From a virus (lineage: Duplodnaviria > Heunggongvirae > Uroviricota > Caudoviricetes), in IMG/VR virus record IMGVR_UViG_2698536337_000005: a stretch of DNA of 8,104 bases; one strand, given 5' to 3'. Made by a program: the position numbers and the translations under genes. Below the pieces are notes generated by a model. It was not told where the DNA came from and did not search any database. It saw only the letters and a list, made by a program, of their open reading frames with translations. Numbering within the stretch: the stretch's first letter is position 1; each line of letters starts with the position of its first letter. This document shows, piece after piece, positions 1 through 6,486 of this stretch.

Positions 1-15
1 AGGAGTGTCCGTTAA

Positions 16-273
16 ACTCAGGCTACCTCATTTTTCAGCGATCCGGAGATGCATCCGCTGGATTTCAGTCTGCTGAACCGGCGCGAGGCTGACGAAGAGC
101 CTGAAGATGATGTGCTGATGCAGAAAGCGGCAGGGCTTGCCGGAGGTGTCCGCTTTGGCCCGGACGGGAATGAAGTTATCCCCGCTTCCCCGGATGTGGC
201 GGACATGACGGAGGATGACGTAATGCTGATGACAGTATCAGAAGGGATCGCAGGAGGAGTCCGGTATGGCTGA
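16..273 (+). CDS. T: C-terminal part of the T frame of the G-T tail assembly chaperone (gpT-like); 5' extent uncertain
   Basis: Frame-1 ORF open from 16 (after TAA at 13-15) to TGA at 271-273, overlapping the H start as ATGGCTGA, the position T occupies in lambda. Product is acidic (EADEEPEDD, MTEDD). ATG at 49 has GGAG directly abutting it, so an independent start is doubtful; in lambda T is made only as a G-T frameshift fusion. Sequence identity to lambda T not verified. Confidence 0.5.
   Translation, partial: TQATSFFSDPEMHPLDFSLLNRREADEEPEDDVLMQKAAGLAGGVRFGPDGNEVIPASPDVADMTEDDVMLMTVSEGIAGGVRYG
252..257 (+). promoter_or_regulatory. Shine-Dalgarno AGGAGG for H
   Basis: AGGAGG lies 8 nt upstream of the H ATG at 266. 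Confidence 0.55.
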
Positions 274-2827
274 ACCGGTAGGCGATCTGGTCGTTGATTT
301 GAGTCTGGATGCGGCCAGATTTGACGAGCAGATGGCCAGAGTCAGGCGTCATTTTTCCGGTACGGAAAGTGATGCGAAAAAAACAGCGGCAGTCGTTGAA
401 CAGTCGCTGAGCCGACAGGCGCTGGCTGCACAGAAAGCGGGGATTTCCGTCGGGCAGTATAAAGCCGCCATGCGTATGCTGCCTGCACAGTTCACCGACG
501 TGGCCACGCAGCTTGCAGGGGGGCAGAATCCCTGGCTGATCCTGCTGCAACAGGGTGGTCAGGTTAAGGACTCCTTCGGCGGGATGATCCCCATGTTCAG
601 GGGGCTTGCCGGCGCGATCACCCTGCCGATGGTGGGGGCCACCTCGCTGGCGGTGGCGACCGGTGCGCTGGCGTATGCCTGGTATCAGGGCAACTCAACC
701 CTGTCCGATTTCAACAAAACGCTGGTCCTTTCCGGTAATCAGGCGGGACTGACGGCAGATCGTATGCTGGTCCTGTCCAGAGCCGGGCAGGCGGCAGGGC
801 TGACGTTTAACCAGACCAGCGAGTCACTCAGCGCACTGGTTAAGGCGGGGGTAAGCGGTGAGGCTCAGATTGCGTCCATCAGCCAGAGTGTGGCGCGTTT
901 CTCCTATGCATCCGGCGTGGAGGTGGACAAGGTCGCTGAAGCCTTCGGGAAGCTGACCACAGACCCGACGTCGGGGCTGACGGCGATGGCACGCCAGTTC
1001 CATAACGTGACGGCGGAGCAGATTGCGTATGTTGCTCAGTTGCAGCGTTCCGGCGATGAAGCCGGGGCATTGCAGGCGGCGAACGAGGCCGCAACGAAAG
1101 GGTTTGATGACCAGACCCGCCGCCTGAAAGAGAACATGGGCACGCTGGAGACCTGGGCAGACAGGACTGCACGTGCATTCAAATCCATGTGGGATGCGGT
1201 GCTGGATATTGGTCGTCCTGATACCGCGCAGGAGATGCTGATTAAGGCAGAGGCTGCGTTTAAGAAAGCAGACGACATCTGGAATCTGCGCAAGGATGAT
1301 TATTTCGTTAACGATGAAGCACGGGCGCGTTACTGGGATGATCGTGAAAAAAAACGCCTGGAGCGGGATGCAGCCCAAAAGAGGGTAGATCAACAGCGTC
1401 AACAGGACAAAAATGCGCAGCAGCAGAGCGATACCGAAGCGTCACGGCTGAAATATACCGAAGAGGCGCAGAAGGCTTACGAACGGCTGCAGACGCCGCT
1501 GGAGAAATATACCGCCCGTCAGGAAGAACTGAACAAGGCACTGAAAGACGGAAAAATCCTGCAGGCAGATTACAACACGCTGATGGCGGCGGCGAAAAAG
1601 GATTATGAAGCGACGCTGAAAAAGCCGAAACAGTCCGGCGTGAAGGTGTATGCGGGCGATCGTCAGGAAGACAGTGCTCATGCGGCCCTGCTGACGCTTC
1701 AGGCAGAACTCCGGACGCTGGAGAAGCATGCCGGAGCGAATGAGAAAATCAGCCAGCAGCGCCGGGATTTGTGGAAGGCAGAAAGTCAGTTCGCGGTACT
1801 GGAGGAGGCGGCACAACGTCGCCAGCTGTCCGCACAGGAGAAATCCCTGCTGGCGCATAAAGACGAGACGCTGGAGTACAAACGCCAGCTGGCTGCACTT
1901 GGTGACAAGGTTACGTATCAGGAGCACCTGAATGCGCTGGCGCAGCAGGCGGATAAATTCGCACAGCAGCAACGGGCAAAACGGGCAGCCATTGATGCGA
2001 AAAACCGGGGGCTGACTGACCGGCAGGCAGCGCGGGAAGCCACGGAACAGCGCCTGAAGGAACAGTATGGCGATAATCCTCTGGCGCTGAATAACGTCAT
2101 GTCAGAGCAGAAAAAGACCTGGGCGGCTGAAGACCAGCTTCGCGGGAGCTGGATGGCAGGCCTGAAGTCCGGCTGGAGTGAGTGGGAAGAGAGCGCCACG
2201 GACAGTATGTCACAGGTTAAAAGTGCAGCCACGCAGACCTTTGATGGTATTGCACAGAATATGGCGGCGATGCTGACCGGCAGTGAACAGAACTGGCGCA
2301 GCTTCACCCGCTCCGTGCTGTCCATGATGACAGAAATTCTGCTTAAGCAGGCAATGGTGGGGATTGTCGGGAGTATCGGCAGCGCCATTGGCGGGGCTGT
2401 TGGTGGCGGCGCATCCGCGTCAGGTGGTACAGCCATTCAGGCCGCTGCGGTGAAATTCCATTTTGCAACCGGGGGATTTACGGGAACCGGCGGCAAATAT
2501 GAGCCAGCGGGGATTGTTCACCGTGGTGAATTTGTCTTCACGAAGGAGGCAACCAGCCGGATTGGCGTGGGGAATCTCTACCGGCTGATGCGCGGCTATG
2601 CGGAAGGTGGTTATGTGGGCGGTGCCGGAAGTCCGGCGCAGATGCGGCGGGCTGAAGGCATTAATTTTAATCAGAACAATCACGTGGTGATTCAGAACGA
2701 CGGTACGAATGGTCTGCCAGGTCCACAGATGATGAAGGCCGTGTATGACATGGCCCGCAAGGGTGCCCGTGATGAAATTCAGACACAGATGCGTGATGGT
2801 GGCCTGTTCTCCGGAGGTGGACGATGA
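266..2827 (+). CDS. H: Tail tape measure protein (lambda gpH-like), 853 aa
   Basis: 2562-nt ORF, same length as lambda H. N-terminus MAEPVGDLVVDLSLDAARFDEQ, long charged Q/K/E/R-rich central region (approx. aa 330-640) and Gly-rich hydrophobic C-terminal segment (IVGSIGSAIGGAVGGGASASGG) match my recollection of lambda gpH. Strong SD upstream; stop overlaps M start (ATGA). Confidence 0.97.
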   Translation: MAEPVGDLVVDLSLDAARFDEQMARVRRHFSGTESDAKKTAAVVEQSLSRQALAAQKAGISVGQYKAAMRMLPAQFTDVATQLAGGQNPWLILLQQGGQVKDSFGGMIPMFRGLAGAITLPMVGATSLAVATGALAYAWYQGNSTLSDFNKTLVLSGNQAGLTADRMLVLSRAGQAAGLTFNQTSESLSALVKAGVSGEAQIASISQSVARFSYASGVEVDKVAEAFGKLTTDPTSGLTAMARQFHNVTAEQIAYVAQLQRSGDEAGALQAANEAATKGFDDQTRRLKENMGTLETWADRTARAFKSMWDAVLDIGRPDTAQEMLIKAEAAFKKADDIWNLRKDDYFVNDEARARYWDDREKKRLERDAAQKRVDQQRQQDKNAQQQSDTEASRLKYTEEAQKAYERLQTPLEKYTARQEELNKALKDGKILQADYNTLMAAAKKDYEATLKKPKQSGVKVYAGDRQEDSAHAALLTLQAELRTLEKHAGANEKISQQRRDLWKAESQFAVLEEAAQRRQLSAQEKSLLAHKDETLEYKRQLAALGDKVTYQEHLNALAQQADKFAQQQRAKRAAIDAKNRGLTDRQAAREATEQRLKEQYGDNPLALNNVMSEQKKTWAAEDQLRGSWMAGLKSGWSEWEESATDSMSQVKSAATQTFDGIAQNMAAMLTGSEQNWRSFTRSVLSMMTEILLKQAMVGIVGSIGSAIGGAVGGGASASGGTAIQAAAVKFHFATGGFTGTGGKYEPAGIVHRGEFVFTKEATSRIGVGNLYRLMRGYAEGGYVGGAGSPAQMRRAEGINFNQNNHVVIQNDGTNGLPGPQMMKAVYDMARKGARDEIQTQMRDGGLFSGGGR
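2813..2817 (+). promoter_or_regulatory. Shine-Dalgarno GGAGG for M
   Basis: GGAGG lies 6 nt upstream of the M ATG at 2824, inside the 3' end of H. Confidence 0.5.
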
Positions 2828-3153
2828 AAACCTTCCGCTGGAAAGTGAAACCCGGTATGGATGTGGCTTCGGCCCCTTCTGTAAGAAAGGTGCGCTTTGG
2901 TGATGGCTATTCCCAGCGAGCGCCTGCCGGGCTGAATGCCAACCTGAAAACGTACAGCGTGACGCTTTCTGTCCCCCGTGAGGAGGCCATGGTACTGGAG
3001 TCGTTTCTGGAAGAGCACGGGGGCTGGAAAGCCTTTCTGTGGACGCCGCCTTATGAGTGGCGGCAGATAAAGGTGACCTGCGCAAAATGGTCGTCGCGGG
3101 TCAGTATGCTGCGTGTTGAGTTCAGCGCAGAGTTTGAACAGGTGGTGAACTGA
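2824..3153 (+). CDS. M: Minor tail (tail tip) protein M, 109 aa
   Basis: 330-nt ORF, same length and position as lambda M. Begins MKTFRWKVKPGMDVASAPSVRKVRFGDGYSQRAPAGLNANLKTYSV. Coupled to H (ATGA) and to L (TGATG). Confidence 0.93.
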   Translation: MKTFRWKVKPGMDVASAPSVRKVRFGDGYSQRAPAGLNANLKTYSVTLSVPREEAMVLESFLEEHGGWKAFLWTPPYEWRQIKVTCAKWSSRVSMLRVEFSAEFEQVVN

Positions 3154-3851
3154 TGCAGGATATCCGGCAGGAAACACTGAATGAATGCACCCGTGCGGAG
3201 CAGTCGGCCAGCGTGGTGCTCTGGGAAATCGATCTGACAGAGGTCGGTGGTGAACGTTATTTTTTCTGTAATGAGCAGAACGAAAAAGGTGAGCCGGTCA
3301 CCTGGCAGGGGCGACAGTATCAGCCGTATCCCATTCAGGGGAGTGGTTTTGAACTGAATGGCAAAGGCACCAGTACGCGCCCCACGCTGATGGTTTCTAA
3401 CCTGTACGGTATGGTCACCGGGATGGCGGAAGATCTACAGAGTCTGGTCGGCGGAACGGTGGTCCGGCGTAAGGTTTACGCCCGTTTTCTGGATGCGGTG
3501 AACTTCGTCAACGGAAACAGTGACGCCGATCCGGAGCAGGAGGTGATCAGCCGCTGGCGCATTGAGCAGTGCAGCGAACTGAGCGCGGTGAGTGCCTCTT
3601 TTGTACTGTCCACGCCGACGGAAACAGATGGCGCTGTTTTTCCGGGACGTATCATGCTGGCCAACACCTGCACCTGGACCTATCGCGGCGATGAGTGCGG
3701 TTATCACGGTCCGGCGGTCGCGGATGAATATGACCAGCCAACGTCCGACATCACGAAGGATAAATGCAGCAAATGCCTGAGTGGCTGTAAGTTTCGCAAT
3801 AACGTCGGCAACTTTGGCGGCTTCCTTTCCATTAACAAACTTTCGCAGTAA
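3153..3851 (+). CDS. L: Minor tail (tail tip) protein L, 232 aa, with C-terminal cysteine cluster
   Basis: 699-nt ORF, same length and position as lambda L. Begins MQDIRQETLNECTRAEQSASVVLWEIDL. C-terminal cysteines (CTWTYRGDECGYHG ... CSKCLSGC) fit the Fe-S-binding region described for gpL-family proteins. Confidence 0.93.
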   Translation: MQDIRQETLNECTRAEQSASVVLWEIDLTEVGGERYFFCNEQNEKGEPVTWQGRQYQPYPIQGSGFELNGKGTSTRPTLMVSNLYGMVTGMAEDLQSLVGGTVVRRKVYARFLDAVNFVNGNSDADPEQEVISRWRIEQCSELSAVSASFVLSTPTETDGAVFPGRIMLANTCTWTYRGDECGYHGPAVADEYDQPTSDITKDKCSKCLSGCKFRNNVGNFGGFLSINKLSQ

Positions 3852-3856
3852 ATCCC

Positions 3857-4744
3857 ATGACAGAGACAGAATCAGCGATTCTGGCGCACGCCCGGCGATG
3901 TGCGCCAGCGGAGTCGTGTGGCTTCGTGGTAAGAACGCCGGAGGGAGACAGGTATCTTCCCAGCGAGAATATCTCCGGTGAGCCGGAGGAACGGTTCCGG
4001 ATGGCTCCGGAGGACTNNNNNATTCTGGCGCACGCCCGGCGATGTGCTCCAGCGGAGTCGTGCGGCTTCGTGGTAAGAACGCCGGAGGGGGAAAGATATT
4101 TCCCCTGCGTGAATATCTCCGGTGAGCCGGAGGCGTATTTCCGTATGTCGCCGGAAGACTGGCTGCAGGCAGAGATGCAGGGTGAGATTGTGGCACTGGT
4201 CCACAGCCACCCCGGTGGTCTGCCCTGGCTGAGTGAGGCCGACCGGCGGCTGCAGGTGCAGAGTGATTTGCCGTGGTGGCTGGTCTGCCGGGGGGCGATT
4301 CACAAGTTCCGCTGTGTGCCACATCTTACCGGGCGGCGCTTTGAGCACGGGGTGACGGACTGTTACACGCTGTTCCGGGATGCTTACCATCTGGCGGGGA
4401 TTGAGATGCCGGATTTTCATCGTGAGGATGACTGGTGGCGTCACGGTCAGAATCTCTATCTGGATAATCTGGAGGCCACAGGGCTGTATCAGGTGCCGTT
4501 GTCAGCGGCGCAGCCGGGCGATGTGCTGCTGTGCTGTTTTGGTTCATCGGTGCCGAATCATGCCGCCATTTACTGTGGTGACGGCGAGCTGCTGCACCAT
4601 ATTCCTGAACAACTGAGCAAACGAGAGAGGTATACCGACAAATGGCAGCGACGCACACACTCCCTCTGGCGTCACCGGGCATGGCACGCATCTGCCTTTA
4701 CGGGGATTTGCAACGATTTGGCCGCCGCATCGACCTTCGTGTGA
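3857..4744 (+). CDS. K: Tail tip assembly protein K (JAMM/MPN plus NlpC/P60 domains); as written the ORF contains an N run and a duplicated N-terminal segment
   Basis: ORF reads 295 aa through NNNNN at 4017-4021; residues 8-53 (3878-4016) are repeated in divergent form at 4022-4160, so the real protein is probably ~247 aa from 3857, or 199 aa from the classical lambda start ATG at 4145 (MSPEDWLQ). JAMM-type motif HSHPGGLPWLSEAD at approx. 4202-4243; NlpC/P60-like Cys (GVTDCYTLF) and His (NHAAIY) downstream. Ends TFV* at 4744, overlapping I by 103 nt as in lambda. Confidence 0.8.
   Translation: MTETESAILAHARRCAPAESCGFVVRTPEGDRYLPSENISGEPEERFRMAPEDXXILAHARRCAPAESCGFVVRTPEGERYFPCVNISGEPEAYFRMSPEDWLQAEMQGEIVALVHSHPGGLPWLSEADRRLQVQSDLPWWLVCRGAIHKFRCVPHLTGRRFEHGVTDCYTLFRDAYHLAGIEMPDFHREDDWWRHGQNLYLDNLEATGLYQVPLSAAQPGDVLLCCFGSSVPNHAAIYCGDGELLHHIPEQLSKRERYTDKWQRRTHSLWRHRAWHASAFTGICNDLAAASTFV
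3878..4160. repeat. Direct overlap-duplication 1: 3878-4016 vs 4022-4160 (period 144), copies clearly divergent
   Basis: Both copies begin attctggcgcacgcccggcgatgtgc and end ccgga(g/a)gact. They differ in two patches, giving GDRYLPSENISGEPEERFRMAPED vs GERYFPCVNISGEPEAYFRMSPED. Confidence 0.9.
4017..4021. other. Run of 5 N (unresolved bases / junction 1)
   Basis: Literal nnnnn in the sequence; sequence after it restarts 144 nt upstream in K. Confidence 0.99.
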
Positions 4745-4802
4745 AAACGGGTGCCGAAGCCATCCGGGCGATGGCCACACAGCTCCCTGCGTTTCGTCAG
4801 AA
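4642..4802 (+). CDS. I: gpI (tail assembly protein I) N-terminal fragment, first copy, cut at N junction
   Basis: MAATHTLPLASPGMARICLYGDLQRFGRRIDLRVKTGAEAIRAMATQLPAFRQ matches the start of the complete I at 5190. Begins 103 nt before the K stop. Interrupted at N (4803). Confidence 0.7.
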
Positions 4803-4803
4803 N
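4803..4803. other. Single N (junction 2)
   Basis: Literal n; sequence after it restarts 548 nt upstream (K middle). Confidence 0.99.
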
Positions 4804-5292
4804 GTGCAGAGTGATTTGCCGTGGTGGCTGGTCTGCCGGGGGGCGATTCACAAGTTCCGCTGTGTGCCGCATCTCACCGGGCGGCGCTTTGAGCACGGGG
4901 TGACGGACTGTTACACGCTGTTCCGGGATGCTTATCATCTGGCAGGGATTGAGATGCCGGATTTTCATCGCGGGGATGACTGGTGGCGTAACGGTCAGAA
5001 TCTCTATCTTGACAATATGGAGGTGACGGGTTTTTACCGTGTCGCACTGACAGAGGCACAGCCGGGCGATGTGCTGCTGTGCTGTTTTGGTTCATCGGTG
5101 CCGAATCATGCCGCCATTTACTGTGGTGACGGCGAGCTGCTGCACCATATTCCTGAACAACTGAGCAAACGAGAGAGGTACACCGACAAATGGCAGCGAC
5201 GCACACACTCCCTCTGGCGTCACCGGGCATGGCACGCATCTGCCTTTACGGGGATTTGCAACGATTTGGCCGCCGCATCGACCTTCGTGTGA
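4804..5292 (+). CDS. K: gpK C-terminal fragment (second allele, NlpC/P60 part), lacks N-terminus
   Basis: VQSDLPWWLVCRGAIHKFRCVPHLTGRRFEHGVTDCYTLF ... TFV*; in frame with the I fragment upstream only through the N-containing codon. Confidence 0.7.
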   Translation: MQSDLPWWLVCRGAIHKFRCVPHLTGRRFEHGVTDCYTLFRDAYHLAGIEMPDFHRGDDWWRNGQNLYLDNMEVTGFYRVALTEAQPGDVLLCCFGSSVPNHAAIYCGDGELLHHIPEQLSKRERYTDKWQRRTHSLWRHRAWHASAFTGICNDLAAASTFV

Positions 5293-5861
5293 AAACGGGT
5301 GCCGAAGCCATCCGGGCGATGGCCACACAGCTCCCTGCGTTTCGTCAGAAGCTGAGCGACGGCTGGTATCAGGTGCGTATTGCCGGGCAGGATGTTAGCA
5401 CGTCCGGATTAACGGCACAGTTACATGAGGCTCTGCCTGACGGCGCTGTGATTCATATTGTTCCCAGAGTCGCCGGGGCCAAGTCAGGTGGTGTATTCCA
5501 GATTGTCCTGGGAGCAGCCGCCATTGCCGGATCATTCTTTACCGCCGGAGCCACCCTTGCAGCATGGGGGGCTGCCATTGGTGCCGGTGGTATGACCGGC
5601 ATTCTGTTTTCTCTCGGTGCCAGTATGGTGCTCGGCGGTGTGGCTCAGATGCTGGCACCGAAAGCCAGAACTCCCCGCACACAGACAACGGATAACGGTA
5701 AGCAGAACACCTATTTCTCCTCACTGGATAACATGGTTGCCCAGGGCAATGTTATGCCTGTTCTGTATGGTGAAATGCGCGTGGGGTCACGTGTGGTATC
5801 TCAGGAGATCAGCACGGCAGACGAAGGGGACGGTGGTCAGGTTGTGGTGATTGGTCGCTGA
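5190..5861 (+). CDS. I: Tail assembly protein I, 223 aa (complete copy)
   Basis: 672-nt ORF, same length as lambda I. Begins MAATHTLPLASPGMARICLYGDLQRFGRRIDLRV, ends GDGGQVVVIGR. Starts 103 nt inside the K-fragment ORF, as in lambda. Confidence 0.93.
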   Translation: MAATHTLPLASPGMARICLYGDLQRFGRRIDLRVKTGAEAIRAMATQLPAFRQKLSDGWYQVRIAGQDVSTSGLTAQLHEALPDGAVIHIVPRVAGAKSGGVFQIVLGAAAIAGSFFTAGATLAAWGAAIGAGGMTGILFSLGASMVLGGVAQMLAPKARTPRTQTTDNGKQNTYFSSLDNMVAQGNVMPVLYGEMRVGSRVVSQEISTADEGDGGQVVVIGR

Positions 5862-5882
5862 TGCAAAATGTTTTATGTGAAA

Positions 5883-5900
5883 TCGCCTCCGGGCGGTTTT
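5883..5900 (+). terminator. Short GC hairpin plus T-tract in I-J intergenic region (copy 1)
   Basis: tcgcc-tccg-ggcgg followed by tttt, 22 nt after the I stop and ~22 nt before the J ATG. Stem only ~5 bp, so a weak terminator or RNA structure at best. Confidence 0.3.
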
Positions 5901-5921
5901 ATCGTTTATGGAGCATGACGA

Positions 5922-6127
5922 ATGGGTAAAGGCAGCAGTAAGGGGCATACCCCGCGCGAAGCGAAGGACAACCTGAAGTCCACGCAGCTGCTGAGTGTGA
6001 TCGATGCCATCAGCGAAGGGCCGGTTGAAGGTCCGGTGGATGGATTAAAAAGCGTGCTGCTGAACAGTACGCCGGTGCTGGACAGTGAGGGGAATACCAA
6101 CATCTCCGGCGTCACGGTGGTGTTCCG
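5922..6127 (+). CDS. J: gpJ N-terminal fragment (first copy), cut at N junction
   Basis: MGKGSSKGHTPREAKDNLKSTQLLSVIDAISEGPVEGPVDGLKSVLLNSTPVLDSEGNTNISGVTVVF matches the start of the long J copy at 6487. The track ORF continues to 6164 only because post-junction sequence is read in the wrong frame. Confidence 0.7.
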
Positions 6128-6128
6128 N
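6128..6128. other. Single N (junction 3)
   Basis: Literal n; sequence after it restarts 565 nt upstream (I C-terminal region). Confidence 0.99.
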
Positions 6129-6129
6129 T

Positions 6130-6426
6130 ATATGGATGCCGGGGGTAGGAATTATGGCGAGTAATCTGCTGTTTTCTCTCGGTGCCAGTATGACGCTTGG
6201 CGGTGTTGCACAGATGCTGGCACCGAAAGCCAGAACTCCCCGTACACAGACAACGGATAACGGTAAGCAGAACACGTATTTCTCGTCACTGGATAACATG
6301 GTTGCCCAGGGCAATGTTCTGCCCGTTCTGTACGGTGAAATGCGCGTGGGGTCACGTGTGGTTTCTCAGGAGATCAGCACGGCAGACGAAGGGGATGGTG
6401 GTCAGGTTGTGGTGATTGGTCGCTGA
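6130..6426 (+). CDS. I: gpI-like C-terminal fragment, divergent allele
   Basis: Frame after the N reads IWMPGVGIMASNLLFSLGASMTLGGVAQMLAPKARTPRTQTTDNGKQNTYFSSLDNMVAQGNVLPVLYGEMRVGSRVVSQEISTADEGDGGQVVVIGR, versus ...AIGAGGMTGILFSLGASMVLGG... in the complete I. Internal ATG at 6154 preceded by GGTAGGA. The track's start at 6085 is J-fragment sequence in another frame. Confidence 0.65.
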   Translation: MWMPGVGIMASNLLFSLGASMTLGGVAQMLAPKARTPRTQTTDNGKQNTYFSSLDNMVAQGNVLPVLYGEMRVGSRVVSQEISTADEGDGGQVVVIGR

Positions 6427-6447
6427 TGCAAAATGTTTTATGTGAAA

Positions 6448-6465
6448 CCGCCTGCGGGCGGTTTT
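6448..6465 (+). terminator. Short GC hairpin plus T-tract in I-J intergenic region (copy 2)
   Basis: ccgcc-tgcg-ggcgg followed by tttt; same position relative to the I stop and J start as copy 1. Confidence 0.3.
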
Positions 6466-6474
6466 GTCGTTTAT

Positions 6475-6478
6475 GGAG
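6475..6478 (+). promoter_or_regulatory. Shine-Dalgarno GGAG for J
   Basis: GGAG lies 8 nt upstream of the J ATG at 6487. Confidence 0.45.
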
Positions 6479-6486
6479 CGTGAGGA

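Larger units (their letters stand above)
4256..5350. repeat. Direct overlap-duplication 2: 4256-4802 vs 4804-5350 (period 548), similar with scattered substitutions
   Basis: Both copies start gtgcagagtgatttgccgtggtggctggtctgcc and end cagctccctgcgtttcgtcagaa. Example differences: REDDWWRHGQNLYLDNLEATGLYQVPLSAAQ vs RGDDWWRNGQNLYLDNMEVTGFYRVALTEAQ. Confidence 0.9.

Noticed and set aside
49-273. Independent 74-aa gene starting at ATG 49
   Set aside because: The only SD-like sequence (GGAG at 45-48) abuts the ATG with no spacer, and the position corresponds to the T frame, which in lambda-like phages is expressed as a G-T fusion. Kept as a partial T-frame segment instead.
18-550. Minus-strand ORFs 18-206 and 176-550 at the T/H boundary
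   Set aside because: Antisense to the T frame and the start of H; no supporting signals.
1728-1931. Plus-strand alternative-frame ORFs inside H, L/K and I (1728-1931, 3592-3780, 3781-3981, 4380-4616, 5617-5850, 6197-6415)
   Set aside because: Short out-of-frame ORFs nested in confident genes, with basic low-complexity translations and no start context; 5617-5850 and 6197-6415 are the same artefact in the two copies of I.
824-3177. Minus-strand ORFs inside H and M/L (824-1402, 879-1178, 1036-1293, 1308-1541, 1442-1972, 1918-2436, 2420-3085, 2779-3177)
   Set aside because: All lie antisense to the strongly supported H, M and L genes. Their translations are low-complexity Arg/Ala/Pro/Cys-rich strings typical of open antisense frames in GC-rich coding DNA, with no RBS or operon logic.
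3435-4968. Minus-strand ORFs across L, K and I (3435-4322, 3476-3673, 3872-4444, 4326-4691, 4544-4780, 4672-4968) and their twins at 4874-5239 and 5092-5328
   Set aside because: Antisense to L, K and I. Several read through N and recur as pairs only because the underlying DNA is duplicated; the repetition reflects duplications 1 and 2, not a gene family.
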